From NCBI RefSeq assembly GCF_964188315.1, contig NC_135661.1:56048001-56112000 (forward strand): a stretch of 64,000 nt of DNA, written 5' to 3'. This DNA comes from Podarcis muralis. Taxonomy: Eukaryota. Positions 30,901-44,349 of this stretch are shown here, piece after piece (positions within the stretch are counted from its first letter, which is position 1; each line of letters opens with the position of its first letter). A program made the translations under genes and the position numbers. The notes under the pieces are model-generated. The model did no database searches, had not been told where the DNA came from, and worked only from the letters and a program-made list of their open reading frames with translations.

Positions 30901-33900
30901 GTCCACCTGGGGCGGCACGTCGTAGATGTAGTCACCCTCCCCGTCTTTGCTGCCCACCGGCAGTTCCCGCGGCACGTCGTAGACCTCCTGGCTCGCCAGC
31001 TTCCTCAGGCCGGGCGGCACGTCGTAGATCTCCTGGGCCTCGGGAACCCCTTTGCTGGCGGCCGGAGGTACGTCGTACACATCCTCAGGCAGGTAAGGCT
31101 CTGCCGCCGGTGCAGAGGGCTGGGCAAGGATGAGTGGGTGCCGTAAAGGATCAAACGGCTTGGCCTTGCAGAAGACGGGGGGCACGTCGTAGGTCTCCTC
31201 CCGCGCAGGGCCATCGGGGACGTCTTTGCTGACCGATGGGGGGATGTCGTACACCTGCAGGAGGGTATTAAATTTGGCGTTTAACCCAGCAGCACATCTG
31301 TAGCCCCCTCAACTTGTAACATGCTGCTAGTTCGCTTCTGGGCCCCATTCAAGGTGCTCACTTGGGCCCCAAAGACTGATATTTACCCTAAAGACTGTCT
31401 AAGGTGCCCAGATCGGCAAGGGGTGCCCCTCTTGGTAGTTCCTCTGCCCTCAAGAGGCTCTGGGGCAGGGTCTAGCATTCAGCTTTTTGTTTCTTAACTT
31501 CTGTGGCCATAAAACTGGTTCTCTTAAGTTACACAATAAATCAATCCTATGCTTCGGAGAGTGTCCTTGGTGGGGTGGGTGTTTCTTGGCAATTTTTGTT
31601 TTGCCTCCGGGTCAATCGCCTTCTACTCTGCCTTGGGGTCAGAGTGGCTTCCTAAGCACTAGGGGAGCCCCCCCACCGCAGCCCCTGCTACTGAAGCTAG
31701 AGGCCCTCCCCACCTCCCCACCTCAGAAACCATGCATGCCATACTCACCACCTGCAGGCCTTTTTCCACACTGGGGGGCACATCATAAATATCCTGGGCA
31801 TGAGCCAGATCCCTGCTGTTGGGGCCCTTGACTGCCAAGGTGGGGGTGTCATATACCTGGCAAAAGGAACAAAGGAGAGCAAGAGACGTTAATGTCTAAT
31901 GAGTCTGAAACCCATTGAGGGCTGGTGATTTGGAAGCAGAGGTTTCACCACCAACCCACATGCGTGGGCCCCTTGCCAACCAGACTCCCCCCACTTCTAG
32001 AAGGCAGGGCATCACTCACCTCCTGGCTGCCTTGGTTCCCCAGTAGACCCCGAGTCGGGGGCACGTCGTAGATCTCTTGGAGGTGGCGGGGAAAGTCATA
32101 CTCATCCTGCTCTCCTTTGGGGGAGTCATAGACGTAGACCTGACCCACACGCGTGGGGACGACAACCTGCATGGGGGGGGGGGAGGGATGTGGATGAGAC
32201 AAAGTTTACTGGGCTAGGCAGGTGGGAGCCTGGCTGGGAAAGTCACAGGTCTGACCTCCACTTGCCTGAGGCTAACTCTGGGGGCCCCAATGTGTCTGAG
32301 ACACCGCAACATCTCAGGCTCACCTATGGCACTCACCAAGGATCCTTTCCTCCCCCCCCACCACTTTTAGGGGGGTTGAGAGATGCCCTAAGGACTAGCT
32401 CAAAGTCACCCCGAAAAGCCAGGGGTGGGGGGACATCAGCGCCCCTCCAAGCATTCAGCCAAGTCCAATGCACTATCCAGTGCCCTGACCTCTTGGCTGC
32501 TTCCTTATGCCCAAATGCTGCTGAAGAGCTTTTTCACGCTGGGGCGAACAGTACTGAGAACACACCACTGATCCAACAAGCTCTTCCCTAAGAGATGCTC
32601 CTAAATAGCCTCTGTGTGTGTCACATAGGATGCAGCTTGTCCTTTCATCCAGCAGAGGGTGCTGCCTGCCCACAGGCAGCCCCCGTCTGGAAGGAACCTC
32701 CAGGCACCTTGCAGCAGGAGCCCCTTCTCCAGGGGAGGCAGGGATGACATCATGTTCTATTTCTGGCTCTGAGCAAATGAAGGGCTTGGAGATAAAGCAC
32801 AATGTGCGCTCATTCCCTCATGGGCGGCCGCTTCTGGAGGCGGGTGGTGGGAGGAGAGGGACCCTGCCGCAGACGCCTTCCCGGCTGCCGCTAGTTTGCA
32901 GGGGGGGGGGGTGTGTGCATGCATAGAGAGGCATTGGAAGCCAGAGGCTGCAGGAGTCTCCAAGCGCATTTGCGCACAGTCAGAGTGCAATACGACGAAA
33001 ACGTGGAATTCCGCTACAAGGTTAAGCAGGAATGAGTCTTTGCAAAAGCCGGCTCTTGCTAACTAAATTATAACAATGCACTCAGGCTGCATTATTTATC
33101 CTGCTTCTGATCTGCCTGGGGTAGGGTAAAGAGCTGCCAAAAGCACTGAAGCTCAGAGAGGAGGCAATTTGCCCCTGCATGCCGTAAGAACACAAGAAGA
33201 GCCTATTGGTCAGGCTCATGGCCACCCAGGTGCCTCAGGGAAGCTGGACCTGAGCACAAGGGCAGATTCTCCCCTCCTGCGGTTTCCAGCAACTGGTATT
33301 CAGAAGCATTGCTGCCTCTGACCTTGGAGGCAGAGCAGAGCCATCATGCCTAGTAGCCACTAATGAAGACTCAGCCCTCCTGGAATGGGGACCTCAGAAA
33401 TGGCAGGTGGGTCAGAGAGAGGATGGATGCAAAACATGGTGTCTGCAAGGTCTGGTATACAGAAATTAGTGAGCCAAAGCACTCCAAAGAACATAGGGAC
33501 GCAAGAAAAGCCCTGCTGGATCAGGCCCATGGCCCATCATATCCAGTATTCTGTTCCTAGGTACCTGTGGGGAAACCCGCAAGCAAGACCCGAGCACAAG
33601 AGCCCTCTTCGCTCCTGTGGTTTCCGGCAACTGGTATTCAGAAGCATTGCTGCCTCCAACCACTGTGGCACAGAATGGCCCTTTGGGCTGGTAGCTGCTG
33701 ATAGCCCTCTCCTCCTCCATGAATTTGTCTAATCCTTTTTAAAAGCCGTCTAGGTTGGTGGTCATCATTCACTCCTGTGGGAGCGAGTGCCATAGTTCAA
33801 CTATGTCACATTTCAACCACTTACCCCCAATCCCAAACTCCACAAACGGCCCCAGGCAAGAGCTGGCGGCAGCGGTGGCGGCACCACCAATGGTCTCCAT

Positions 33901-36900
33901 AGCAAATTTGCAACCTCTCCCATGTAATACCCCAGATCTAAAGTCTCCCAAGACACTTGGGATGCTAGTATCTACAGATCTGATGCTTTGCAACAAAAAT
34001 AAAAAGAAGCAGGAAAACCAACATACAATTAGCAAGTTAATAAGATGCTCATGAGGGTGGGAATACGCATTTTGCAGGTTTTCAAGCCAACAGAGCCTGC
34101 CAAGGACTTCAAGATTTCATCATGCACAGCCCACGTATTCCAAACACCACAGCCATAAGGTGTGGGAACTTGTTTTGTTTGGAAAAGGGAAAGTGGTGGT
34201 TCTCAGGATGGCAGCCATTGAACCAGAGGTGTGCTTGATGTCATCGCTTCGTATCTTTAGGAGAACCTTCACTTATGGTCAGTGGTCAAAATTCCCCAGC
34301 TGTTACTGGACTACAACTCCCACCACCCCTGATCCCTGGTCCTGCTAGCTAGGGAGGATGGGAATTGTAGTCCAACAACAGCCAAGTCTGAGAAACACTG
34401 GTTTAGAGTGACCGACTAGCACCTGGGAGAGACCAGGGTTCAAATCCCCGCTTAGCCATGAAGCTTTCCCTTGATGACCTTGGGGGCCAGGCACTGCCCC
34501 TCAGCCTAACCTAAAAAGGGCAGAAGACCCCCTGCATGCTACCTGGAGCTCCTCAGAGGAAAAGGTGGGATATAAATGCAATATGTTAACGTGGCACTGC
34601 CCTGAAAAATGGAGATCTTCCCATGGCACAGAAGCAGCCACATGCTTCAACACAGGTTTCCCAGAGTGGTGCCACTTGCACAGCACCACCGTGAGCCACT
34701 CCCCAAAAACACACACACAAACACACCCTGTATGGTACCCCTTTGGCCTGCCCTCAAAGGCAGGAAAAAGCAACAAGGTCACCGGTGAGGAAGAGGCGTG
34801 GGTGGGGACCTAGCAGGCAGGCAGGCCTGGCCGGCTGCCAAGTGAGAGAAGCATTTTTCCTGAATCATTTACTGCTCTGCCAGGCCTGCTCCATCCGAAT
34901 CTCCTTCAAGGTCAGCCAGCAGCAGCAGAGGCTACTTAATAGAGGACAAGCATGCCGGGTGCTTTGCCTACTGCCAACACACAACACACAGGACTATCGG
35001 TCTCCCCAGCCCAATACTGTCTGCACGGACTGGCAGTGGCTTTCCAGAGATTCAGGCCGCTAGAGCCTCAACTACTTGGAGACATCAGGGATTGAACCAG
35101 GGACTGTCTGCATGCAAAGCATGAGCTCTGCCAGTGAGCTGTGAGCCACCTCCTAAATATAAAACAAGGACTGTATCTAACTACGTTCGGCTCAGAGCAG
35201 ACACACGGAAATTAACAGACCCAGGTTTGTCATGTCCTTGTTTGCCTTTAGTTGGCTGAGGAAGGCAAGGGGAGCAAACAGACTAACCAGAGAGCATTTT
35301 CCCTGGGTTTCCCCAGGTTGGTTGGTTTTTGCTTTCGGGGGTGAAAATTCCGTGGTCAGGAATGCATTGGAAACTTCCTCATAGGAATCAATGGAAATCG
35401 TCAACAGGTTATGCAAACGCTCGCCTAAGGAACGATTTCTGGGGGACGCCTTGTGTTTGCAAAGCAGGACCTGTGTATACTAACACTGGATACAATCCGA
35501 AGGTTCCAGTCCTCAAGGTTCTGAATGAAACTGGGGTTCAGGTATGACACAGGAAGCTGCCTTACACTGAGGCTGTGTATACCCCATTCATTTAAAGCAC
35601 ATTTCTCCTCCCCAGCCCAAAGATTCCTGGGAACTATAGTTTGTTTAGAGCGTTGGGAACTGTAGCTCTGCGAGGCATAACAACTGTCATGATTTTGGGG
35701 GCAGGGATAGTACATGTATACAGTCTCAGTCAGGCCACTGGTCCACTTAGCTCAGTATGGCCCACTCTGATGTACAGCAGCTCTCTCTGGGGTTTCAGGC
35801 AGAGGTTCTCTACCGGGGACTGAATCTGGGAACTTCTGCAGGCAAACCAAACGCTCCAACCCTCTGCTCTCCCCTTGCACTGCAAGACCCCACATTTTGA
35901 TACGGCACTCTGGGAGAAACCAAAGGCATCAGCCATGCCCAGCCATGCCTCCTTACAAGAGCCTTACCCGTCTCCAATCCAGAAACAGGCTTGCCCAGGA
36001 ACCAAGTTGAGGGAGCCTCAGAGATGGATAAGGAGGCCTCCCACCCAGAGGGAGGCCATTTCCTTTCCCAGGGAGAAACAGGAAACCGCTCCTCACAGCC
36101 TGCTGCAAACCCCCCTCCCCAGGGGAAAGCCATGCTGGAGCACACACACACGCCCCTGCCTCCACCCTCCATTGCAGAGGGAGGCAGCGGAGGCAGGAGG
36201 CAAGGCTGCCTTGGTGCAAATCTCCAGGAAGCTCCCAGTAAGGAATGCAAGCACCAGCACTTGGGGGTAGGGGAAGGCAACCCAGCCCCAGCAGTCCAGG
36301 AACACTAACTGCCTCTGACCCCGTGTAGAGAAGCAAAGAGTTTTTAAAAGCAGACAGTAGTAGATTGCTTGCCACAATGGGGTAGCTGCTGCTGCCTGCC
36401 CACAATGAGCAAGGCGGGCTGAAAAATCCCAGGGCATCTTTGCAGTCTGAAGCGTGGCTGCTGGTGTTGCAAATGGATTTCTCTCCCCCCTGCAGGAACC
36501 CCCAGGCCAGCAGAGCCAGCAGGGTGCAGCAGGAGCCAGCTGAAGGCAGTGCTCTTTAGGCTGGTGTTCAGGGGAAAGACTTTTATGTATGAGTGTTCTA
36601 TTGCGGTTTTAGCAATTCATGCTTACCTGCCAGGATAAAAATATTTTAAACAAATTAGTTAACTGCATTGCTTAGCTGTGATTCCTCCACTGCAGGGGGT
36701 TGGGCTGGATGACACTTGAGGTCCCTCCCAACTCAACAATTCTATGACCACCAACCACCCCTTGCTACAACTCCCTGTTCCCCAACCTTTACTTTAGCTA
36801 AACATAAGAATGGCTTCTTCTGCTTCCCCCCCCCCGTTTACCTTTCTCCTCTTGCCTCTCCTATATTAAAATATACCTTGTAAGCCCATTGGGGCAGCTG

Positions 36901-39419
36901 ACTGTGGTCTTGAATGCCATGCACATCAGCAGTGCATTCATTAGTGTTCTAACAGCAGCAACCTGCATGCGTTTCCTCGTTGTTCTTCTTTCCATGGCCT
37001 CCCATCATTTCACATTTATGCCCACGCACCTGAACTCAACAGGCACAGTTTGACTATGAGCTCCGTGGGACAGGGAGCTTCTTTGCATCTGTTTCTCCTT
37101 GCATGTGTCTGAGGGGCAGCTGATGTAGCCCTCTCCAGATGTCACTGGGGCCCCCAGCTCCCGTCCGCCTCTGCAGCCAGCCTGCCCAATGGTCAGGGTT
37201 GATGGGAGCTGGAGTCCAACAACCACCTCTGAAGGGCATCATGCTGGACACCCTTGGCGTGCGAGGCTGTACAGATAATTCATAATAATGGACCCCGTGC
37301 AGAAGAAGCACTTTCCTCTCGGCCGTGAAAAGCGCCCAGCTCAGCAACCGCTAACAAGAACCATTTATGCCCCTTTCTCTTTCTCTGTGCCAAAACTCGC
37401 AAGACAATGCCTTCACAGCCACTTTACTACCACTGTCTGACTGCAGGAATAAAAGCCACTCTTGCCCACTTTGACGGCAGAGTGGTGGATTTCTCCTGAG
37501 AGCATCGTTCCTGCACCTGACTCTCTGCTCTCGTGCAAAACCCAGAGGGGGTGGGGTGGGGAGAGCTGCCTCTGCCTATTCACATCGGAAGCCAGTGATG
37601 GGCAAGAAACCGGCAGCATCACTTAATCCACCTTTCCTTTCCCCCTCCTCCTGCTCTTCCTCCTAAGGGGTTTTTCAACATTTTAAGACTTGATTCTGCT
37701 TTTCTTAAAATTAAAAGGTGGGGGGAGAGATAATCTACTTTCATTTGCATAAACACACAAGTGGCAATTTAAAAATAGATCAGACAGCTCTCCTGCAGCG
37801 TGAAGGGAAGTAGGACAGAATACTGAATCGGTTTGCTGGCCAGTGTGCCTGTCAAATGCATTGCAAAGTTGCCCAGGCTTAAGCAAGGCAGAGTTGGTCC
37901 TCATTGGCCTGTACAAGCATGCGGACAGGGTATCCTTTCTTTATACCAGCCTGGCATCCTCCAGATGTTTTGGACTGCATCTCCCACCAGCCCCACTCTG
38001 GGGAAGGCTGCTTTAAGCTGTCCTCATAGGGAAGGCACTTCCACCTCTCGGATTGTGCTGGCTGCCCTTTCTCCCCACGCTGGTGCTCTGAAGGAACATT
38101 AGAACATAAGAACATCCTGCTGGATCAGGTCAGCAGCCCATCTAGTCCAGCATCCTGGTCTCACAGTGGTCAGCCAGATGCCTCTTCTGGGAAGCCTGCA
38201 AGCAGGATTCAAACTCAAGAGCAGCCTTCCTGTGGCTTCCAGGAACTGGTATTCAGAATCACTGCTGCCTCCAGCTGTGGAGGCAGAGCATAGCCATCAT
38301 GGCTAGAAGCCACTGATAGCCATATCCTCTATGAATTTGCCTAATCCTCATTTAAAGCCATCACTGCCTCCTGGGAGAGAGAGAGTTCCATAATTTAACT
38401 AGGTGCTGTGTGAAGAAGGGCTTTCTTTTACCTGTCCCGAATCTTCCTAAATTTAGCTTTACTGCATGTCCACCAGTTCTAGCAACGGGAGAGGGGAAAA
38501 AACCTACCCCCATCCACTTCCTCTATGCCATGCATAATTTTATAAACTATCCTGTCTCCCCTTCCTTGCCTTTTTCCAAACCAAAAAACCCCAAACGCAG
38601 CAACCTTCCTTTAGATCTTTAGAATCTTCTTGATCGTCCTGCTTGCCCTTTTCCGAACCTTTCCCAACTCTGCAATATCCTTTTTGAGGCGAGGCAATCA
38701 GAACTGTACGCAGTACTCCAAGGGGGGGGGGGGGCACACCATAAACTTGCCAAGTGAACAGGTGCCCTTCAGAGGCTTACCTTTCCTTGGGTCTTTGGGG
38801 CTTCCCATCCCCGTCCATCCAGCGAAGGAGGCACCTGGTAGATGTCCTGCCCCAGCCCTGCGGGAGCTGGAGGGACCTGGTAAATGTCCTGGGGCGGGCT
38901 GGCCGGTCCAGCTGGTACTTGGTACACCTCCTGGCATTGAGAGGGGCTCTGCTTTGGATAGGCAGGGGGCTGCTTGCCCGGGGGTGACTGGAACTGGCCC
39001 GCGGTCACTGTGCCCTGGTGGAGGGGTGCCCCCGGGGCCTTGTTTGGCGCCGGCACCAGGTAGACATTGTCCTCTTGGGGCAGGAAGGAGGGGTGCATAG
39101 AGGTGTACTGGGAGGCGGGGGACGTGGTGTAGCCCCCTTGGTGAGTGTAGGCCAGGGGGGTCTGCCCCGTCGGTTGCGGCGTCTGCTGTGGTGTCTGTGG
39201 CGTCTGCTGCTGCGGCAGCTGCTTCTTGTCGTACATGCCCACCAGGATCTTGAGGCGGTTGCCAGGGACGATGCCCTGCCGCCCGTGCAAGGAGCAGAGC
39301 CACCAGCCATCCAGCCCTTGCGTGTTGCGCTCCAGCACCGTCATGATGTCGCCCTTACGGAAGGAGAGCTCGTCCGGGGACTCGGCCACATTGTCGTAGA
39401 GCGCCTTGGCCAGCACGTT
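27395..39419 (-). CDS. BCAR1: BCAR1 (p130Cas), 881 aa located: complement(join(27395..27916,28423..28512,30115..31254,31749..31856,32020..32166,38781..39419)); short first coding exon not securely located
   Basis: N-terminal SH3 (NVLAKALYDNVAESPDELSFRKGD), 15 YxxP motifs, serine-rich region, Src-binding RPLPSPP and YDYVHL, C-terminal FAT/CCH domain ending LGQLAAM. All introns phase 0, GT-AG. Confidence 0.97.
28423..28512 (-). CDS. BCAR1: BCAR1 exon 6
   Basis: caactag|GGA acceptor; CAG|GTGAGT donor; GKEEFEKTQKELLERGNI. Confidence 0.95.
30115..31254 (-). CDS. BCAR1: BCAR1 exon 5 (YDVP repeats, serine-rich domain, Src-binding site)
   Basis: cctgcag|GTG acceptor; CAG|GTGGGG donor; 380 codons ending DYDYVHLQ. 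Confidence 0.97.
31749..31856 (-). CDS. BCAR1: BCAR1 exon 4
   Basis: tttgccag|GTA acceptor; GTG|GTGAGT donor; VYDTPTLAVKGP...IYDVPPSVEKG. Confidence 0.93.
32020..32166 (-). CDS. BCAR1: BCAR1 exon 3
   Basis: ccatgcag|GTT acceptor; GAG|GTGAGT donor; VVVPTRVGQVYVYDSP. Confidence 0.95.
33185..33810 (-). mobile_element. Two adjacent CR1 3' fragments in BCAR1 intron 2
   Basis: Two successive copies of ...GGATCAGGCC/GGTCAGGCTC...CAGCAACTGGTATTCAGAAGCATTGCTGCCTC. Confidence 0.65.
38100..38745 (-). mobile_element. CR1 3' fragment ending about 35 nt from the BCAR1 exon 2 donor
   Basis: AGAACATAAGAACATCCTGCTGGATCAGG start; CR1-like sequence through GAACTGTACGCAGTACTCCAAG. Confidence 0.7.
38781..39419 (-). 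CDS. BCAR1: BCAR1 SH3-domain exon (exon 2)
   Basis: ctcttgcag|AAC acceptor; AAG|GTAAGC donor; 213 codons. Confidence 0.97.
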
Positions 39420-39639
39420 CTGCAAGAGAGGCAGAGAGGAGGGGAGTTAGGGCGGCCAGCAGGGGGCAGCAGAGGGCATGGGGGTGGGAAGTGGGAAGAC
39501 AGCGGGTGGCAGGGCACCAATGGCGTAACAGTGTAAAGAGAGGTCAGCAACTGTCACCCCGCCAAGCTGTACAATATGGCTCCCAGAGGTACAATTTGCA
39601 GTCAGCATCACATAAACCGTGCTCAAAAGGATCACCGGT

Positions 39640-40140
39640 GTGAAGTGTTCACAGAGGAGCCGTACTCAAGCCATAAATTTAAAACACTATGATACCACTT
39701 TAAACAAGACATGGTTTCTCCCTCTCCCTAAGAATTATGGGAGCTGTAGTTTGTTTTAAGGGTGCTGAGAGTTGCTAGGAGGCCCTTATTCCCATCGCAG
39801 AGCTACAATTCCTAGAGTTCCCTGGGAAGAGGGATTGACTCTTGGAACTCAGGCTCTTTCAGAGCAATAGGGGTCTGAAACTGCTTTAAATATACAGTGC
39901 AGACAGGGCCTGGGGTACATTCCATCCACATCAAAGTAAACGGTTTCTACACACGTACGCATCTAGGTAAGCACAACTGCACTTCAAGGACACATTTCAG
40001 CCAGGCAAAAGCATTGGAGGGGGCTGTGGAGCAGGGCTGGCGGGGTGTGTGGCCTGGGAAGTGGGGAGTCTTGGGAGCCAAACTGAGAGGCTGGGGTGTG
40101 GGGGCTGCATCTGGCCCTCGGTCTTGCGGTTCCTCACCCC
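39640..40140 (-). mobile_element. Composite hAT-like element with nested fold-back
   Basis: Ends GGTTCCTCACCCC; roughly 80% similar by eye to the reverse complement of 46862-47100. Confidence 0.6.
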
Positions 40141-43100
40141 ACATATACCCACCCCCCTGCCCATTGCACCTCCTCTTTCTAAATTAAGACTAAGGAGACA
40201 CCTTCACTGCTATAGCCAAAAAGGGTTGGCCTTCAGAAGGACGTGAGGGTGCCCATGTGACTGCCCCAGCCCAGTTCATGCAAAGATCTCCTTTGAAGTG
40301 GAAAAGGAAAGTAATTTATCAATGAGTAAAGGTCACTGGGTGGAACGTTCCAGGCAGGACTCTCCGGTCTGTATACAGAACTTGCCTGGTGCCCTAGTAA
40401 GAAGAAATGCTCCCTCTTTTACAGGTGAAATTAGTTGGCTCTCCCCCCTCCCCACAAATAAAGAACATGAATACACATGGGGGAAATGGGTTAAAAACAA
40501 CAAACCTGGAGCTAGAGACTTGTGTCGGCCTATTTATAAAAAGCGCCGTTTGCAAACAAAATGACATGCCTAGCCACTGAGCAAGAGACGAGAAGCTTTC
40601 AGAAAAGACACCCTGCGCTGAGACGAATATACACACATCTGTGCCTTTTAAAAGAGAGCAAAGGCAATGGAAATGATGTAAGATTTTAAAAGGACGCAAA
40701 AGAAAAATAAAGATACAGACTCTGGGTGATTTTGAACAAAGCAGGAGACACACAAGCAAAGTGGAGCTGCTTTGAGAAGAAAGGCCAGTTTACGGTGCAA
40801 TTCCAATGCATGTCTACTCGGAAGTAAGTCCCACCGAGTTCAGTAGGACTAAGTAAGTGCACACACAGAGGCCTACCTGGAAGTAAGTGTCATTGGACTC
40901 AGTGGGGCTTATCTCAGAGGAATGGCTGCTGCAGATTCCAGCTCAAACCAAACTAATCATTCAGGGTTGTCCTTCTCCTCTCCCTCCCGCATGCCCTGCT
41001 CTCTCCTTTTACCCCAACTTTCTTTGCCCCACTCATATGGGGAAGAACCATAGCTCAATGGCAGAGTCTGCCTTGCATCCACAAGGTTCTAGGCAAGGCT
41101 GGGCGAGAATCCTGTTAAAAATCCTGCGGAGTCGCTGCCAGTCAGGGCAGACAATACTGAGCTCAATGGACCAATGGTCTGGCTGGGGATAAAGCAATTC
41201 CTGTGATCATTTGCTCTTATTTAAGTTTAAAGAATGCAAAGCAATTAAATAGCAGCAAGTGCTGCTGTTCATTAGCCGGTTTCTTGTTCTTTAAGATTGT
41301 GAAGTGTTCCAAACCCAACAACAGAGGAGGATTTTATCAGATGGGCCGGCTGGCAGACCAGCCTAGGGCCTGGGACCCTCCTTCTAGCACAAGCAAAGTC
41401 TCTCCTCCCCACTTCTCCTCTCCTGGGCAGGAAGTGCCAGAGCTGTGAGTCAACCAGAGAATTCCCTTTGTGCGTCCTGCTTCCCTCCACCCCTCCCGCA
41501 GCAGCAGGACATGCAGAGATTCAGAATTTACTTCCAAACATAAGTTTCTACTGGAGCCCCAAGGAGGTGGGTGGAAGGGGAAATCCAGCCTCTTTTGAGT
41601 CTTGATGCCAGTCTCTCATTGGTCTTTCCCAACCAGTGTCCTCCAGCTGTTTCGGACCATGACTGCCATCAAACTGTGCTGGCTTGGAGTTGATGGGAAT
41701 TGTAGTTGAAAGCAGTCAGAGGGCACCAGATTGGGGAAGATTTCATACCTTCCAAACTATGCCTGTTTATAAAAAGGTAAATAACAGGCATTTTCACTGT
41801 GGTCTATCAATTGCTAGCAGGTGCCAACCCAAAAGGGCCACCCTTAAAATATACTTACTCCGTTGCTTGGAAAAAATATTCCATTTCACATTTTGGTGCT
41901 GGATCACACAACAGATTTGCTACTTCTGAACATCACCATTATGTGGAAGTTTAAGCTTCAGTACGGCATGCCAAGCAGTAACTCTGCAGAGTGAGTTATC
42001 GTCACTCAACTCCATACTTAATTCTTTCGTGAGATGCCAGTCTATAGATCTCACCAAACTGCTCTGCCTACTAATTCTTGGCCCCTTCTACATCTCGCTC
42101 TCAGTTCTAAGTCCCTTCATGCTTCCTGTTCTGTGTTTCCTCCCAGGAGGCCGAAAGCACATTTCCCCCCAGCAAGATTGTTTTGTTTACAACTAGTGGC
42201 TGATTGAGGCCCCTTAAGCAAAGAATGAGAAGAAAATGTTTTGTACGGTTTTCAAAGCCCAAGTGGGCGTTCTCAGAAAACACAGGGCAGGGAAGGGGGA
42301 GCTGTCTGCGGGACAAGAGAAAAAGAAGGGTGATAGCCGAGCTGCACAGCACAAGCTTTGTAAGGAGAAGGTGTCAGGTTCAATACGCAGGGTCCTTAAG
42401 TAGGGCTGGGAGAGACCCATCTGAAATCTCGAAAGAGAGCTTTTGGCACTCAGTGGAAGACCAGGGATTCCCAAACTGCATTTAGTGGACAGGACCACCA
42501 GCTTCATCCAGGTGGTCCGCCGTGCTTCTGTGGATTTGTGGCTGAAGACGGGAGAAAGCATGCCCATCACGTTAAATACTCGTACCAACTTTTACTTGTA
42601 TTTTATTGCTTCTTTTATTTCTCATGTTGTGTTTTATTGTGTTGCAACTTGAATACAATAAAACACAATTACCTAAGAAATAAAAGAAGGGAGGGGAAGA
42701 TGCAATTAAAGATCATACAACATCTAGCGCAGGGAACTGCAATTGCTAAAGAATGGGCAGAGGAATATCATTAGATGGTCTGCCAAGACCCTCGGCAATT
42801 TTCAAGTGTTCCATTGGGGTGAGAGAACTTGAAAATTGCTGGTGTACTCTGTATATACCAGCTCCCCATGTTCTGAGGACTCTACAGGTTCTTGCTGTGG
42901 CCAAAAGTCAGGTCCCCTCCTATCCAACTATCCACCAATGAAAGAAGATTCTTTCCACCTTTGAGGTCACAGGTACGTGGTGTGCTGACAGTCACCAACT
43001 CGGCTATACAGTTGGCTGATGCCAGGGACGGGGAACCTGTGGCTCCCAGAGGCTGTCGGGACTTCAACTCCCATCAGCCTCACCCAGCACAATCAATTAG

Positions 43101-43234
43101 CAGGAAGTATGGCGGTTGTAGTCCAACAACATCCAGAAAGCAGCAGGTGGATTCCAATCCCTGCTTTATAGTGAAGTAGATGTGTGGTTGCCACTTTGCA
43201 TGATGGTGAAACATGTTTACATTTCCCCGTGTCG

Positions 43235-43540
43235 CTGCTTTTGGAATGCACTCACGCCGGAGGCCATGATGGCCACCGACATGGATGGCTTTAAAAGAGA
43301 ACTGAACAAATTCATGGAGGGCAAGGCTTTCAATGGCTACTAGCCACAATGGCTCTGCTCTGCTTCTGTGGTGGGAAGCAGGATTCATCTGAATGCCAGT
43401 TGCTGGAAACCACAGGAGGGGAGAAGGCTCTTGTGCTTGAATCCTGCTTGTGAGCTTTCCCAGTAAGGCATCTGGTTGGCCACTGTGAGAATAGGACTAT
43501 AAGGGCCATTGGCCTGATCCAGCAGTCTCTTATGTTCTTT
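43235..43540 (+). mobile_element. CR1 3' end
   Basis: GATGGCCACCGACATGGATGGCTTTAAAAGAG...TCCAGCAGTCTCTTATGTTCTT. Confidence 0.75.
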
Positions 43541-44349
43541 CCCTAACTGAAGTTCTAACCTTTCCCCTAACCCTTCCCTTCTCCCTTTGCAATTGTTGAA
43601 TGGAGATGAAGAAAGAGCACAGATCTAAAAACGATGTTCTGTTAAATCTCTCGGAGTGTGGATAAAACCGCCAGCCTGGCCTTGCGCTGCTCCCTATACG
43701 TGCTCTTTTATGGGGCTATTATTTGATTGCTTATACATGGCACACCCCTTTTCTCTTCCAACCACCAAACTGACCACAGGGTGACTGTGCAAGACAGCTT
43801 TTACTGCCATGCTAGGATAGGCTGAGGGAAACCCTCTGTAGGGCTTCTCCTACAAATTTGATGCTGCCTTCCAGGAATTCAAAATATTTTCCAGGCCTGC
43901 CCAAACTTTACCAGAAGAGGCCCTCCTGGAATAGGAGACTGAATCCGAAAGCTAGGATATTGTAAGCAACAGGCTCGACTTCCCACCCTCCCCAAGGGAA
44001 AGAGGCGGAAAAGGAATCTATGGAAACGGGGCCTCAAATGGACAGATATGTTGCAGAGGCTGGGGCGGGGGGGAGAGGCAGAGAAAAGGAAGAGTTGCTG
44101 CTGTTAACAGCCCTAAATGCAGCTATGGGGCATCTGGCCAGGCGCTGTTGCAGCCCCACAAAAATACTGGCTATGCCACAAACACTCTCCACACTACTGG
44201 GGTTACACGGGTTCCTCTGGCGCAGAACTACATCTAACAGCACAATGGCACTTTTTTTTTTACCACAGTGGTTCCCAAAGCAGTTTACAGTAATATTATA
44301 TTATATTAATAGGCAGGTCATGTTGCTTTCACAATGACAGATCCCAGTG

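Noticed and set aside
29877-31146. Several 100-270 aa plus-strand ORFs, also at 27566-28012 and 39018-39536
   Set aside because: Shadow frames of GC-rich BCAR1 exons; low stop frequency explains them.
32331-32370. Strong donor TTG|GTGAGT 170 nt upstream of BCAR1 exon 3
   Set aside because: In-frame stop 30 nt upstream with no ATG; no acceptor identified, so no exon can be supported.
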